The notes under the pieces are model-generated. The model was not told the DNA's origin. It searched no databases and worked only from the letters and a program-made list of their open reading frames with translations. From the NCBI GenBank assembly GCA_963807635.1, contig CAWEDJ010000073.1:32001-96000 (forward strand): a stretch of DNA of 64,000 nt, read 5' to 3'. Within the stretch, counting starts at the first letter, position 1; each line of letters starts with the position of its first letter. This DNA comes from an uncultured cyanobacterium (lineage in GTDB: Bacteria > Cyanobacteriota > Cyanobacteriia > Cyanobacteriales > Microcystaceae). A program made the translations under genes and the position numbers. Below, in pieces: positions 21,544 to 32,373 of the stretch.

Positions 21544-24500
21544 ATGCAACGCATTGTTATTATTACGGGTTTTGAATCCTTTAACTCCAATCTTTACCGT
21601 GAAGCGGCCCAATTAGCCCGTTCCCGTTGTCCAGACTTAGAAATTCTTGCCTTTAGCGATCGCAGTCTCACCACCGAACCCGAAGCGGTTGCCCAGGCGT
21701 TAGAAACAGCCCAGGTCTTTTTTGCCAGCTTGATTTTTGACTATGAACAGGTGATTTGGCTACGGGAAAGGGTGAAAAATATTCCTATCCGCCTAATCTT
21801 TGAGTCAGCATTGGAACTCATGAGCCTCACCCAATTAGGGAAATTTGCGATCGGCGATCAGCCCAAGGGAATGCCCAAACCGATTCAATTTATTCTGAGT
21901 AAATTTTCCAGTGGCAAGGAAGAAGATAAACTAGCAGGTTATTTAAGTTTCTTGAAAACAGGGCCAAAACTACTTAAATTTATTCCCGCTAAAAAAGTTC
22001 AAGATCTCCGTAATTGGTTAATTATTTACGGTTATTGGAATGCGGGGGGATTAGAAAATGTCGCGGCTATGTATTGGGCGATCGCGGATAAATATTTAGG
22101 ATTAAAGGTGGGAGAAATTCCTGAGCCGATTGAAACGCCGAATATGGGGTTATTGCATCCCGATTATTCAGGTTATTTTACGTCTCCTCAAACCTATTTA
22201 ATTTGGTATTTAGAACAATTTAAAATCCAAGATTCAAGCACTAAATCTGGGGTAGTAGCTATCCTAATTTATCGTAAGCACGTTATTACAAAACTTAAAT
22301 ATATTGCCAAATTAATTCGTTATTTTGAAGCTGAAAATTTAATTCCTATCCCCATTTTTATTAACGGGGTAGAAGGTCATGTCGTCGTTCGAGATTGGCT
22401 GACAACCCGTTATGAAACCCAACAACGACAGCAGGGAAAGATTGAAACCCCTTCCCTCAATAAAGATGCCATAGAAGTGGATGCGATCGTTTCTACTATC
22501 GGTTTTCCCCTCGTCGGTGGCCCTGCTGGATCGATGGAAGCGGGGCGACAGGTTGAAGTGGCTAAACGCATTTTAACCGCGAAAAATATTCCCTATTTTA
22601 TTGCCGCACCTTTACTCATTCAAGACATTCATTCCTGGACGAGACAGGGCATTGGCGGTTTACAAAGTGTGGTTCTCTATGCCTTACCTGAACTCGATGG
22701 TGCGATCGATACGGTTGCTTTGGGGGGATTAGTGGGGGAAGAAATCTATCTCATTCCTGAACGGGTGAAACGATTAACAGGAAGATTAAAAAATTGGATT
22801 CAATTACGCAAAAAAAATCCCCAAGATCGTAAAATTGCTATTATTTTATACGGGTTTCCGCCAGGCTATGGAGCCACAGGAACTGCCGCCTTATTAAATG
22901 TGCCTCGCAGTTTATTAAAGGTGTTACAAGCATTAAAACAACAGGGTTATTTTATCGGAGAATTACCCGAAAAGGGAGAGATTTTAATTGAACAAATTAA
23001 ACAAATTGATGAAAGTGTTAGTCGGTCAGAAATTGAAGAAAAAAGTGTCACGGTTCGTACCCTAGAGAAATGGTTAGGCTATTTGCTCACTAGTCGCATT
23101 GAAAAACATTGGAAATCCCTAACCAGTGCGGGGATTAAAACCTATGAAGATAAATTATATTTAGGCGGTTTGCAATTAGGAAATATTTGGATCGGGGTAC
23201 AACCCCCTTTAGGAGTATCAGGTGATCCGATGCGTTTGATGTTTGAAAAAGATTTAACGCCCCATCCCCAATATGCCGCTTTTTATCAATGGTTAACGAA
23301 AGAATTTCAAGCAGATGCGATCGTTCATTTTGGGATGCACGGAACGGTTGAGTGGTTGCCTGGCTCTCCCTTGGGTAATACGGGCTATTCCTGGCCTGAT
23401 ATCTTATTAGGAAATTTACCTAATCTCTATCTTTATGCGGCCAATAATCCTTCGGAATCAATGTTAGCTAAACGTCGGGGTTATGGTGTTTTAATTTCCC
23501 ATAATGTGCCTCCCTACGGGCGAGCAGGTTTATATAAAGAATTGATGATGTTGCAAGATTTAATTACGGAATTTCGAGAAGATTCAGAGAAAAATCAATC
23601 GCTTTTACCGATCATTTGTCAAAAAATTGTCGATACGGGTCTAGAAGCCGATTGTCAATTTACCGAGGGTAAAAAGTTAGGGATTGAATTTACGGTAGAG
23701 AATGCCCGTTTATTTAGTAAATACGCTCTCTATGATTATTTTTTACAGGTTTATGAGTATTTACAAATTCTTGCCCAACGCCTTTTTTCTTCAGGATTAC
23801 ATATTTTAGGACAGCCTCCTAATTCAGAACAATTCAAAACCTATTTAGATGCCTATTTTGGCGATCAATTAAGCGAGTGGGAACAAAATGCGATCGCCCA
23901 AGAAAATCAAACCGATGAGTATCTTTTATCGCTTGCCAATGGACGGAAAGCAATTGTCAAGGAAGCCTTACAAATTCGGGATTTATTAAAACAAAATACG
24001 GATGAATTAACAAATTTATTGCGGGGTTTAAATGGGGAATATATTTTACCTGCACCAGGAGGCGATTTATTACGGGATGGAACAGGGGTTTTACCCACAG
24101 GACGGAATATTCATGCTCTCGATCCCTATCGAATGCCATCCCCAGGCGCCTATGAACGGGGTCGGGAAATTGCCCAAAAAATCATTGCTCAACATTTAGA
24201 AGAAACGGGAAATTATCCTGAAACGATCGCCGTGATGTTGTGGGGTCTAGATATTATTAAAACTAAGGGAGAATCTTTGGGAATTTTATTAGAATTAGTC
24301 GGGGCAGAACCCATCAAAGAAGGCACGGGAAGAATTGTCCGTTATGAACTCAAACCCTTAGAAAACGTCGGCCATCCGCGTATTGATGTTTTAGCCAATT
24401 TATCAGGAATTTTTCGCGATACCTTTGTTAATATTATTGAGTTATTAGATGATTTATTCCAACGTTGCGCGATCGCCGAAGAACCCGAAGATCAGAATTT

Positions 24501-25272
24501 TATTCGGAAACATTATTTAACGCTCCAAGAACAGGGAATTGCGAATGCGTCGGCTCGACTGTTTTCTAATCCCGCAGGAGATTTTGGTTCCTTAGTCAAT
24601 GATCAAGTTGTTGATGGAAATTGGGAAAATGATTCAGAACTCGCCAATACCTGGCAAAAACGCAATAGTTTTAGTTACGGTAAACAGGATAAAGGTCAGG
24701 CACGGCCAGAAATTTTGCAACATTTACTGCAAACCAGCGATCGCATTGTCCAGGAAATTGATTCGGTGGAGTATGGTTTAACGGATATTCAGGAATATTA
24801 CGGCAATACGGGCGGTTTGAAGCTGGCCGCCGAAAAACAAAGCGGTCGAAAAGTCACAGCGAATTTTATTGAAAGTTTCTCTAAAGATACGACACCCCGT
24901 AAATTAGAAGATTTATTGCGTTTGGAATATCGGACGAAGTTACTCAATCCTAAATGGGCTGATGCGATGGTTAATCAGGGTTCGGGGGGAGCCTACGAAA
25001 TTTCTCAACGAATGACGGCTTTGGTGGGATGGAGCGGCACAGTCAGTTTTACGGATAATTGGGTTTATGATCAGGCGGCCCAAACCTATGCCTTAGATGC
25101 AGAGATGTCACGGAAATTACAGGAAGCGAATCCCGAAGCTTTTCGTAATATTGTAGGACGAATGTTAGAGGCCAATGGTCGCGGTTTTTGGCGGGCAGAT
25201 GAGGAAAAGTTAGACAAGTTACGCAGTCTCTATGGGTTAACGGAGGAAGAATTGGAAGGGATTAATCCTTAA
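21544..25272 (+). CDS. bchH: Magnesium chelatase subunit H family protein (BchH-like paralog)
   Basis: GFPLVGGPA, HFGMHGTVEWLPG, NNPSE, LPTGRNIHALDP, RTKLLNPKW; 1242 aa. Confidence 0.88.
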   Translation: MQRIVIITGFESFNSNLYREAAQLARSRCPDLEILAFSDRSLTTEPEAVAQALETAQVFFASLIFDYEQVIWLRERVKNIPIRLIFESALELMSLTQLGKFAIGDQPKGMPKPIQFILSKFSSGKEEDKLAGYLSFLKTGPKLLKFIPAKKVQDLRNWLIIYGYWNAGGLENVAAMYWAIADKYLGLKVGEIPEPIETPNMGLLHPDYSGYFTSPQTYLIWYLEQFKIQDSSTKSGVVAILIYRKHVITKLKYIAKLIRYFEAENLIPIPIFINGVEGHVVVRDWLTTRYETQQRQQGKIETPSLNKDAIEVDAIVSTIGFPLVGGPAGSMEAGRQVEVAKRILTAKNIPYFIAAPLLIQDIHSWTRQGIGGLQSVVLYALPELDGAIDTVALGGLVGEEIYLIPERVKRLTGRLKNWIQLRKKNPQDRKIAIILYGFPPGYGATGTAALLNVPRSLLKVLQALKQQGYFIGELPEKGEILIEQIKQIDESVSRSEIEEKSVTVRTLEKWLGYLLTSRIEKHWKSLTSAGIKTYEDKLYLGGLQLGNIWIGVQPPLGVSGDPMRLMFEKDLTPHPQYAAFYQWLTKEFQADAIVHFGMHGTVEWLPGSPLGNTGYSWPDILLGNLPNLYLYAANNPSESMLAKRRGYGVLISHNVPPYGRAGLYKELMMLQDLITEFREDSEKNQSLLPIICQKIVDTGLEADCQFTEGKKLGIEFTVENARLFSKYALYDYFLQVYEYLQILAQRLFSSGLHILGQPPNSEQFKTYLDAYFGDQLSEWEQNAIAQENQTDEYLLSLANGRKAIVKEALQIRDLLKQNTDELTNLLRGLNGEYILPAPGGDLLRDGTGVLPTGRNIHALDPYRMPSPGAYERGREIAQKIIAQHLEETGNYPETIAVMLWGLDIIKTKGESLGILLELVGAEPIKEGTGRIVRYELKPLENVGHPRIDVLANLSGIFRDTFVNIIELLDDLFQRCAIAEEPEDQNFIRKHYLTLQEQGIANASARLFSNPAGDFGSLVNDQVVDGNWENDSELANTWQKRNSFSYGKQDKGQARPEILQHLLQTSDRIVQEIDSVEYGLTDIQEYYGNTGGLKLAAEKQSGRKVTANFIESFSKDTTPRKLEDLLRLEYRTKLLNPKWADAMVNQGSGGAYEISQRMTALVGWSGTVSFTDNWVYDQAAQTYALDAEMSRKLQEANPEAFRNIVGRMLEANGRGFWRADEEKLDKLRSLYGLTEEELEGINP

Positions 25273-25322
25273 TCGAATATTTTTGAATAAAAACAACTTG
25301 TATCCCAAAAATTTTATTCAGG

Positions 25323-26990
25323 ATGGTTGCATCAATGAAATTAATAAGAAAAAATCCAATTCTTTTATTTCCCTTAATCGTTTTGGCGATCGCGATTTTA
25401 TTTTCCGCTTGTCAAGCGATCGGTCAACGGGTCAATAGGTTACCTCAAGATCCCTTAATTCAAGTTTATTTTAATCATAACCCGAAAGCTCATTACACTG
25501 ATCCCTATCGCCAAATTAAACGCGAGGGAGATAATTTAGAAAAAATCATCATTGACACCATTAATTCAGCTAAAGTGAGTGTGGATCTCGCAGTTCAGGA
25601 ATTACGTTTACCCCTGGTAGCTCAGGCATTGGCAAAAAAGCAGAAAACGGGGGTTAAGATTAGAGTAATTTTAGAAAATATTTATAATCAACCCATTGGC
25701 AATGGTTCCCCTATAAAAACAAATAAGAAAAATGAAAGAGAGCAAAGTCGCAGAGAAGATTATATTGCCTTTGTTGATCTCAATCATGATGGCCGATTAA
25801 GTGAAGAAGAAATGAACCAACGGGACGCTATTACCATTTTAAATAATGCTCAAGTACCCATTATTGATGATACCGAAGATGGTTCTCAAGGATCAGGACT
25901 AATGCACCATAAATTCATGGTAATAGATGGAAAAACGGTTATTGTCACCTCAGCCAATTTCACCCTCAGTGATCAACATGGAGACTATACCCGCTCAAAA
26001 ACTAGGGGTAATGCTAATAATTTATTAGTCATCCAATCTTCAGAATTAGCAAGTTATTTTACAGAAGAATTTAATCTGATGTGGGGCGATGGAGCGGGCG
26101 GAACAAAGAATAGTTTGTTTGGAACCAATAAACCGTTTCGGCAAGCCCAAACATTTGCGATCGGGAAAACCAAGGTATCTGTTAAATTTTCTCCTGATAC
26201 GAATAAAATTAACTGGTTTGATACTACCAATGGTCTGATTGCCCAAACTCTCAGCCAAGCTCAAAAGAGTGTTTCCCTAGCTCTTTTCGTTTTGAGCGAA
26301 CAGCAGTTAGCTGATTTATTAGAAAATCAACAAAAACAGGGAGTTACTATCAAAGCTCTAATTGATCCTGAATTCGCCTATCGTCCCTATAGTGAGGGTT
26401 TAGATTTATTAGGGATTGAAGTAACCGAAAAGTGTCGCGCTGAACCGAATAATAATCCGTGGTCAGTTCCTCTAAAAACGGTGGGTGTTCCTAAGTTAGC
26501 GAACGGGGATAAATTGCATCATAAAACGGGAATTGTGGATAACAATTTAGTGATTACGGGTTCTCATAATTGGTCAGATGCCGCTAATCGTCTCAATGAT
26601 GAAACCTTATTAATCTTAAATAATCCTGTCATTAATGCCCACTACCAACGGGAATTTGAGCAATTGTATAAAAATGCAAATTTAGGAGTTCCAGAATTTG
26701 TTCAGAAGGCGATCGCCCAAGAAAAACAAAAATGTGCCGTTTACTCACCTCAACCCGCGCCAGTTACCAGTCCAGTTTTTAATCCCACCGCCAGTCCTAG
26801 CCCGCTTATCAATCTAAACACGGCAACGAAAGAAGAACTAGACAGTTTGCCTGGGGTTGGCCCCAAATTAAGCGATCGCATTCTTCAGGCGCGACAATCA
26901 AAACCCTTTACCTCCCTAGAGGATTTAAAACGAGTTTCGGGAATCGGTGAGAGCAAATTGCGGAAATTAGCAGGAAAAGTGACTTGGTAA
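25323..26990 (+). CDS. comA: Competence protein ComA/ComEA: two PLD-nuclease domains plus C-terminal helix-hairpin-helix
   Basis: Lipoprotein-like signal, two HxK(x4)D motifs (HHKFMVID, HHKTGIVD), INLNTAT..LPGVG HhH domain. Confidence 0.85.
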   Translation: MVASMKLIRKNPILLFPLIVLAIAILFSACQAIGQRVNRLPQDPLIQVYFNHNPKAHYTDPYRQIKREGDNLEKIIIDTINSAKVSVDLAVQELRLPLVAQALAKKQKTGVKIRVILENIYNQPIGNGSPIKTNKKNEREQSRREDYIAFVDLNHDGRLSEEEMNQRDAITILNNAQVPIIDDTEDGSQGSGLMHHKFMVIDGKTVIVTSANFTLSDQHGDYTRSKTRGNANNLLVIQSSELASYFTEEFNLMWGDGAGGTKNSLFGTNKPFRQAQTFAIGKTKVSVKFSPDTNKINWFDTTNGLIAQTLSQAQKSVSLALFVLSEQQLADLLENQQKQGVTIKALIDPEFAYRPYSEGLDLLGIEVTEKCRAEPNNNPWSVPLKTVGVPKLANGDKLHHKTGIVDNNLVITGSHNWSDAANRLNDETLLILNNPVINAHYQREFEQLYKNANLGVPEFVQKAIAQEKQKCAVYSPQPAPVTSPVFNPTASPSPLINLNTATKEELDSLPGVGPKLSDRILQARQSKPFTSLEDLKRVSGIGESKLRKLAGKVTW

Positions 26991-27140
26991 ATGAATTTCC
27001 CCCATTAAGAATTATTAACGAGAAAAAAGAAGCAAAATAACCCATAAGCACAAAATCGAAAAAATAATATTCAGATCAGTCATTCTTGTCCTATCGTCTC
27101 GACTTACAAGATATGTTAGGATCAAAAAACTGATTTTCCA

Positions 27141-27214
27141 CGGGATGTGGCGCAGCTTGGTAGCGCACTTCGTTCGGGACGAAGGGGCCGCAGGTTCAAA
27201 TCCTGTCATCCCGA
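27141..27214 (+). tRNA. trnP: tRNA-Pro (anticodon CGG)
   Basis: Acceptor stem CGGGATG/CATCCCG, anticodon arm CTTCG-TTCGGGA-CGAAG, T-loop GGTTCAAATCC. Confidence 0.97.
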
Positions 27215-27330
27215 TTTCTGATTAGGTTAGTTTTATTACGGCGCGGCCGTTGTGCTAACTCAGAAAAAGATTGTATGATAGAGGATCGTGATTATCAGTT
27301 GTAATTTTTAGAATTGGAAAAGCCAAGATT

Positions 27331-27789
27331 ATGTCTAAACGAGTACAAGTAATTTTAAGTAAAACTGTCGATAAATTGGGCAGAAATGGCGATTTATTAG
27401 AAGTAGCCCCTGGTTATGCCCGCAATTATCTCATTCCCCAAGGAATGGCTGTTGCCGCCACTCCTGGGCTTCTCCGTCAAGTCGAGCAACGTAGAGCCAA
27501 GGATCAAGAGCGTCTCCTTGCCGAAAAAGAAGCGGCTGAAGCCCGTAAGACTGCGTTGCAGACCGTTGGTCGCTTTATTATCCAAAAACAAGTGGGAGAA
27601 GCAGAAGCCATTTTCGGGACGGTCACAACTCAAGATGTGGCGGATGCGATCAAAGCAGCTACAAGTCAAGAGGTTGATCGTCGGGGTATTACCTTGCCTG
27701 AAATTAGTAAAGTTGGATTCTACAAAGCTCAAATTAAAATTCATCCTGAAGTGACTGCCGAAGTTGAAATTCAAGTTGCTTCTCTTTAA
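27331..27789 (+). CDS. rplI: 50S ribosomal protein L9
   Basis: [18 protein letters not shown]. Confidence 0.97.
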   Translation: MSKRVQVILSKTVDKLGRNGDLLEVAPGYARNYLIPQGMAVAATPGLLRQVEQRRAKDQERLLAEKEAAEARKTALQTVGRFIIQKQVGEAEAIFGTVTTQDVADAIKAATSQEVDRRGITLPEISKVGFYKAQIKIHPEVTAEVEIQVASL

Positions 27790-27812
27790 GCATTAATAAG
27801 CTTGAAAATGTT

Positions 27813-27891
27813 GAAATTCGGTGAACAAAATAGAATTCATTTAGTTTGAAGTTTATAAATGATAATAACTGAAAATTGTTCACTGAATTTC
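27813..27891. repeat. 16-bp inverted repeat downstream of rplI
   Basis: GAAATTCGGTGAACAA ... TTGTTCACTGAATTTC (one mismatch). Confidence 0.55.
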
Positions 27892-28024
27892 TGCGATTTT
27901 AATTTTATCAGTATATAAGGTTGAAACAAAATTATTTTCAGCAAAATTATCACGGTTGATTCTCTCCAACTTCAATCTAGTTGATACACTTTCTTAGTGG
28001 GTTTAAATTCGGGAAGGATAAGTC

Positions 28025-29323
28025 GTGACCACAGAGGACAGCGAAAATAATCGAAATACTAGCTTTAGATCGAAACGAAAAAAACTTGTTTTTCTGCTGG
28101 GTTTAGGGCTTTTGGGGGGAGCAGCATTTTTAGGTCTTCAGATTATTCGGGGTCACAGTTTCCATACCATATTATTTTTGCCCAATGCAAGGGGAATTAC
28201 GCGGGGAATGCCTGTAACCTATTGGGGCGCAAAAGTTGGAGAGGTCATGGGCTTTGAGCCAGAGCCGAAAGGAGTGGCTGTTGAGATAAAAATTTGGCCA
28301 GCCGATCGCCTAATTCCCAGGGATTCTTTATTTAAGTTGTCACGAGTTGAAGGGGAAAATAGTCTTGATATTCAGCCCCGCAGTTCGTTGCCTCCCGAAG
28401 CGGATAAAATGACTCCCAAAAGTCCGAATTGCGACCCTAAAATTATTTTTTGTAATACTAAGAGAATTTCTAGTATCAGTAGGCTCTACTGGGGAAATCT
28501 GGTTTATTCATTGAATTCTATCCAGGATATTAATTCTGGAGTACAATCAATGGAAACAAACGTGGGAGATGTCAGTTCAGATGTGCGGGAAATGAAAGGC
28601 ACGGTGCAGGAGTTGGGTCAGTTGGGACAGGAGGTTCAAGGACTTTTAAAAATAGATAAAATAGACAAAACACTGAATAAATTGGATAAAACATTAACTT
28701 CCGTAGAACAAGCCGCGAATAATATCAGCTTGGTTGCCCAAAAAGCAGGAAAATTGAGTGATCAAGGGACAGGATTAATCGAAACCGTAAGACAAACCCA
28801 AACCATTAATCGTTTGAATGCTACCCTGGGATCAGTGGGAAGTGCGGCGGATCAGGTTCAGGTTTTTATGCAAATCAATCAAAATAATCTGAGGAATACT
28901 CTCATTAGTATTGAACAATTGAGTAAACAAGTAACGCTAACAGTGCGAAAGTTAGACCCTCTCTCAGAACAGATTCAAGAAAAAAATTTACTGGAAAATC
29001 TAGAAATTATTTCTCGCAATGCGGCCCAACTAACGACTAATCTCAACGAGGTTTCTACTCAGCTTAAAGATCCGCGATCACACCTCCAGATTCAACAAAT
29101 TATGGATTCAGCCCAATCCCTTTTAAATAATCTCAATAAAATTACTTCCGATGTGGATGAACTAACGGGTAATCCTAGTTTACGGCGAGATATACTGCGA
29201 TTAATTCAGGGTCTTACTAATTTACTCTCTTCAACCCAACTCCTTCAACAACAGGTCGCCTACGACAAAGTATTGAATCAAATTGCAATGGGCAGCGATC
29301 GCCCGAAGTCGCTTCAACCTTAA
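28025..29323 (+). CDS. MlaD/MCE family protein
   Basis: N-terminal TM, ARGITRGMPVTYWGAKVGEV MCE motif, long helical C-terminus. Confidence 0.85.
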   Translation: MTTEDSENNRNTSFRSKRKKLVFLLGLGLLGGAAFLGLQIIRGHSFHTILFLPNARGITRGMPVTYWGAKVGEVMGFEPEPKGVAVEIKIWPADRLIPRDSLFKLSRVEGENSLDIQPRSSLPPEADKMTPKSPNCDPKIIFCNTKRISSISRLYWGNLVYSLNSIQDINSGVQSMETNVGDVSSDVREMKGTVQELGQLGQEVQGLLKIDKIDKTLNKLDKTLTSVEQAANNISLVAQKAGKLSDQGTGLIETVRQTQTINRLNATLGSVGSAADQVQVFMQINQNNLRNTLISIEQLSKQVTLTVRKLDPLSEQIQEKNLLENLEIISRNAAQLTTNLNEVSTQLKDPRSHLQIQQIMDSAQSLLNNLNKITSDVDELTGNPSLRRDILRLIQGLTNLLSSTQLLQQQVAYDKVLNQIAMGSDRPKSLQP

Positions 29324-29396
29324 TTTAGCCTTGTCTAAATACCTAACATTTTTGACTAAATTTGATGAATCATCTTTAACATTCAATGACAAACAG

Positions 29397-30086
29397 ATGA
29401 AACTCCAACATTGGTATGATAAGATTTCCCCCCACTGGCAACGATTTATTCTTAGCCCCTATGAACATCTATTTTGGTCATTAATCATACTATTTTTTTC
29501 TTTTGCATTTATAAATGAAGATAATATTTTCGGACGAATCAGTTTAACCTTCTTTTTTCTGATGACCGTTTTATTTGTCATTGAAACGTTTAGATTACGA
29601 CAAAAGTTTTTAAATATTTTTAGAGCGATCGCTGTTTTATCTTTTATTTTTAGTTTATTTGCAATCATTTTTGATTATCAAGATAACAAAATAGTTTATC
29701 TTTTGGGTCAAGTTATTGATTTGATTTTTATCGCGATCGCCGTTTTAGTGATTATCAAAAAAATATTTTCTGACACCAAAGTAACGGGGGATACGCTACG
29801 CGGGGGAATTAGTGTTTATTTAATGTTGGGCATTGTCTGGTTTCAAATTTATCAAATTATTTTGACAATTGTTCCCCAAGCCTTTGAAGGCGAATTGAGT
29901 GGTTATCAAGTCTTTTATTTTAGTTTTGTGACGTTAACAACCGTCGGTTATGGAGATATTTTACCCGTCCATAGAGCAACGATGATCATGGCAAACCTAG
30001 AGGCGATCGCGGGTCAACTTTATCCCGCCATTATTATTGCCAGATTAGTGAGTTTATATACCGTTGAAAGCTCCAATAAAAATTAA
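29397..30086 (+). CDS. Potassium channel family protein (Ion_trans_2)
   Basis: YFSFVTLTTVGYGDI selectivity filter; probable start ATG at 29397. Confidence 0.88.
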   Translation: MKLQHWYDKISPHWQRFILSPYEHLFWSLIILFFSFAFINEDNIFGRISLTFFFLMTVLFVIETFRLRQKFLNIFRAIAVLSFIFSLFAIIFDYQDNKIVYLLGQVIDLIFIAIAVLVIIKKIFSDTKVTGDTLRGGISVYLMLGIVWFQIYQIILTIVPQAFEGELSGYQVFYFSFVTLTTVGYGDILPVHRATMIMANLEAIAGQLYPAIIIARLVSLYTVESSNKN

Positions 30087-30383
30087 ATCAAGATCAAAAA
30101 TTAAAAACCGAAACAGGCGATCGCTTTTTGTGGGGATGGAACTGGAAGAGTTGGTTATATTGAGATCTTTAAATAACTAAGGGTCTTTAATAACTAAGGG
30201 AAAAAGAGGATATTGATTAATAATAACCGTAGAAATACGGTCTCAAAATTAAGTTTTACTAAATTTTAAAACGATCATCTCCCTGATTTATGATTGTGTC
30301 CGATAATAAATGGTATAAGACATTACTGAATTTTTCGCCTCATTCTTTCAACTACTGGTTCAGATCGATATTCGGAGATTTTT

Positions 30384-32300
30384 ATGGTGTTATCCGTTTC
30401 GCCCTCTAGCAATACCGCGCTGCTGTTACGGGAAATGTTGAGAACCTCCCTGATGGGGATTCAACAGTTTTTAACGGCTGATCGGGTTATTGTGGCTAAA
30501 ATAATGCCGAAGGGAGAAATCACCGTTATTGAAGAAGTCCGAAACCCTAGTTATAAAACTATGCTGAATGTCCGCTTGAGTCAATTTTGGGGATCTCAAG
30601 ATTTGAATTATTTTCATCAGGGCAAGCTCCAGGTTATTGAGGACGTGAATGAAGAGGGATATCGAGAACAATTAATGGCCACGATGGATCATTTATTTGG
30701 GACTCAAGCCCATGTCATTGTCCCCATTTGGCATTATTCCTGTGATGAAAATTTGTCAGACGACTTCCCTAAAAAGCCTCAACTCTGGGGTTTGTTGATG
30801 GTACATCAATGTAGCGGGCCTCGCCAATGGCAACCGACGGAGATTGGATTGTTATCCTTTTTTGCAACGCAAATTAGTATGACCATTCAACAAAACCAAT
30901 TTGCCCATCAACTGAGTCAGAATAATCTTCATTTGAAAGAATTGGCCTATTGGGATGATTTGACAAAGGTAGCGAATCGTCGGTATTTTGACCAGTATCT
31001 TGCTCAGGAATGGCGGCGTATGGCACGGGACAAACAACCGTTATCTTTGATTTTGCTGGATATTGATTGTTTTAAAAAGTTTAATGATACCTTCGGTCAT
31101 GTGGCGGGAGATCGCTGTTTACAGAAAGTTGCAAATGCGATTGGGGTGGCAGTCAGTCGTCCAGGGGATTTGGTCGCACGCTATGGGGGAGAAGAATTTG
31201 CCATAATTCTACCGAATACCCATCTGTCAGGGGCGAGTTACCTAGCGGAAAGAGTGCGATCGCAGATAGAAAATTTACAGATCCAAGCGGCTCCCAATGC
31301 GCCCTGTCGCTATGTCAGCATTAGTGCAGGAGTGGCGACGATGATTCCTGAAGCGAGTCGTTTACCCGTTCAGTTGGTTGCCGATGCGGATCATTTACTT
31401 TATAAGGCCAAAGAACAAGGACGCGATCGCGTTGTCAGTAATCTCTTGGTTATGCAGCCGATCAAAAAAAATTACCGTAATACCTTACCCCCTTCCGCCA
31501 CCTTTGCCCTGCCTTCCCTTTCTGAACAAGATTTATTACAAAACTATATTGCCTATTTCGTTAGTCGGGGTGCGTCTGTCCACAGTGCGATCGATGGGAA
31601 ACTCCTATTTTCCCAGCCCGTGTATGAATACGAAGGTTATAGTCCCGCTTTTTTAGAATATTGGCATCAACTTTCTGGGCGTAGTGATTTTGCCGAACTG
31701 TCTCTGGAAGGAGATGTCCACAATTTCCATGATTTTTCGGTGAATCAATACACGGTACAGGAATGTTCTCGGTGTAGTCTGCCGATCGCGGTACAGTCGG
31801 GACAAGCCTACGATGTGCCGAATTGTAACCTTTGTTTAGTAGAAGAAGGAGCCAATGGGCCTGAACAGGAAAACTTGACCACAGAACAGGGCAAAACGGG
31901 AATCTTAGTGATCGGAGAACTGCCCAGGGATACAAACCCAACCCAGGAATGGCTCGCCAATAATGGCTTTGAAGTTTATTTTTCCCCCGATCCCCAAGCG
32001 TTGGGTCGTCCCTACTGGGGATTACCGATTCAATTGATCATTATCACCACCGATTTGTCCAAAACAGAAATCGAAGAATGGGAAAAAGAGCTACGCACTC
32101 ACCCCAATTTGCAAACGGTTCCCTTGATTGCTTTTAGTGTTAAGGCAGGGAGTGGTTTGCCCTGGTTGGGTCGTTCGGTGGAGATCGCAGATTATATTTT
32201 GCCTCCGTTTAATGGGGTTTCTCTGATTCGTCATTTGAATCGTTTAAATAAAATGCGGGAACCTCATCAAAAATCTCAAATTTTCTGGTTTCCTAAATAA
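30384..32300 (+). CDS. Diguanylate cyclase: GAF - GGDEF - Cys-rich unknown domain - degenerate receiver-like domain
   Basis: WGLLMVHQC GAF, NDTFGHVAGD, RPGD I-site, RYGGEEF active site, CSRC..CNLC. Confidence 0.88.
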   Translation: MVLSVSPSSNTALLLREMLRTSLMGIQQFLTADRVIVAKIMPKGEITVIEEVRNPSYKTMLNVRLSQFWGSQDLNYFHQGKLQVIEDVNEEGYREQLMATMDHLFGTQAHVIVPIWHYSCDENLSDDFPKKPQLWGLLMVHQCSGPRQWQPTEIGLLSFFATQISMTIQQNQFAHQLSQNNLHLKELAYWDDLTKVANRRYFDQYLAQEWRRMARDKQPLSLILLDIDCFKKFNDTFGHVAGDRCLQKVANAIGVAVSRPGDLVARYGGEEFAIILPNTHLSGASYLAERVRSQIENLQIQAAPNAPCRYVSISAGVATMIPEASRLPVQLVADADHLLYKAKEQGRDRVVSNLLVMQPIKKNYRNTLPPSATFALPSLSEQDLLQNYIAYFVSRGASVHSAIDGKLLFSQPVYEYEGYSPAFLEYWHQLSGRSDFAELSLEGDVHNFHDFSVNQYTVQECSRCSLPIAVQSGQAYDVPNCNLCLVEEGANGPEQENLTTEQGKTGILVIGELPRDTNPTQEWLANNGFEVYFSPDPQALGRPYWGLPIQLIIITTDLSKTEIEEWEKELRTHPNLQTVPLIAFSVKAGSGLPWLGRSVEIADYILPPFNGVSLIRHLNRLNKMREPHQKSQIFWFPK

Positions 32301-32373
32301 TCTATCTCTTAAAACGCGATCGCCGTAATGATTATGATGCGATTGAAAGGTTAACTAATCTTCTGGAAACTGA

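Noticed and set aside
27015..27209. 64-aa ORF on the minus strand
   Set aside because: It is the antisense reading of tRNA-Pro.
27141..27330. Island integrated at tRNA-Pro
   Set aside because: It is flanked by core genes comA and rplI, with no integrase and no duplicated tRNA 3' end seen.
30450..30900. Cyanobacteriochrome photoreceptor
   Set aside because: The GAF lacks the bilin-binding Cys-His motif and the Asp motif at the expected positions.
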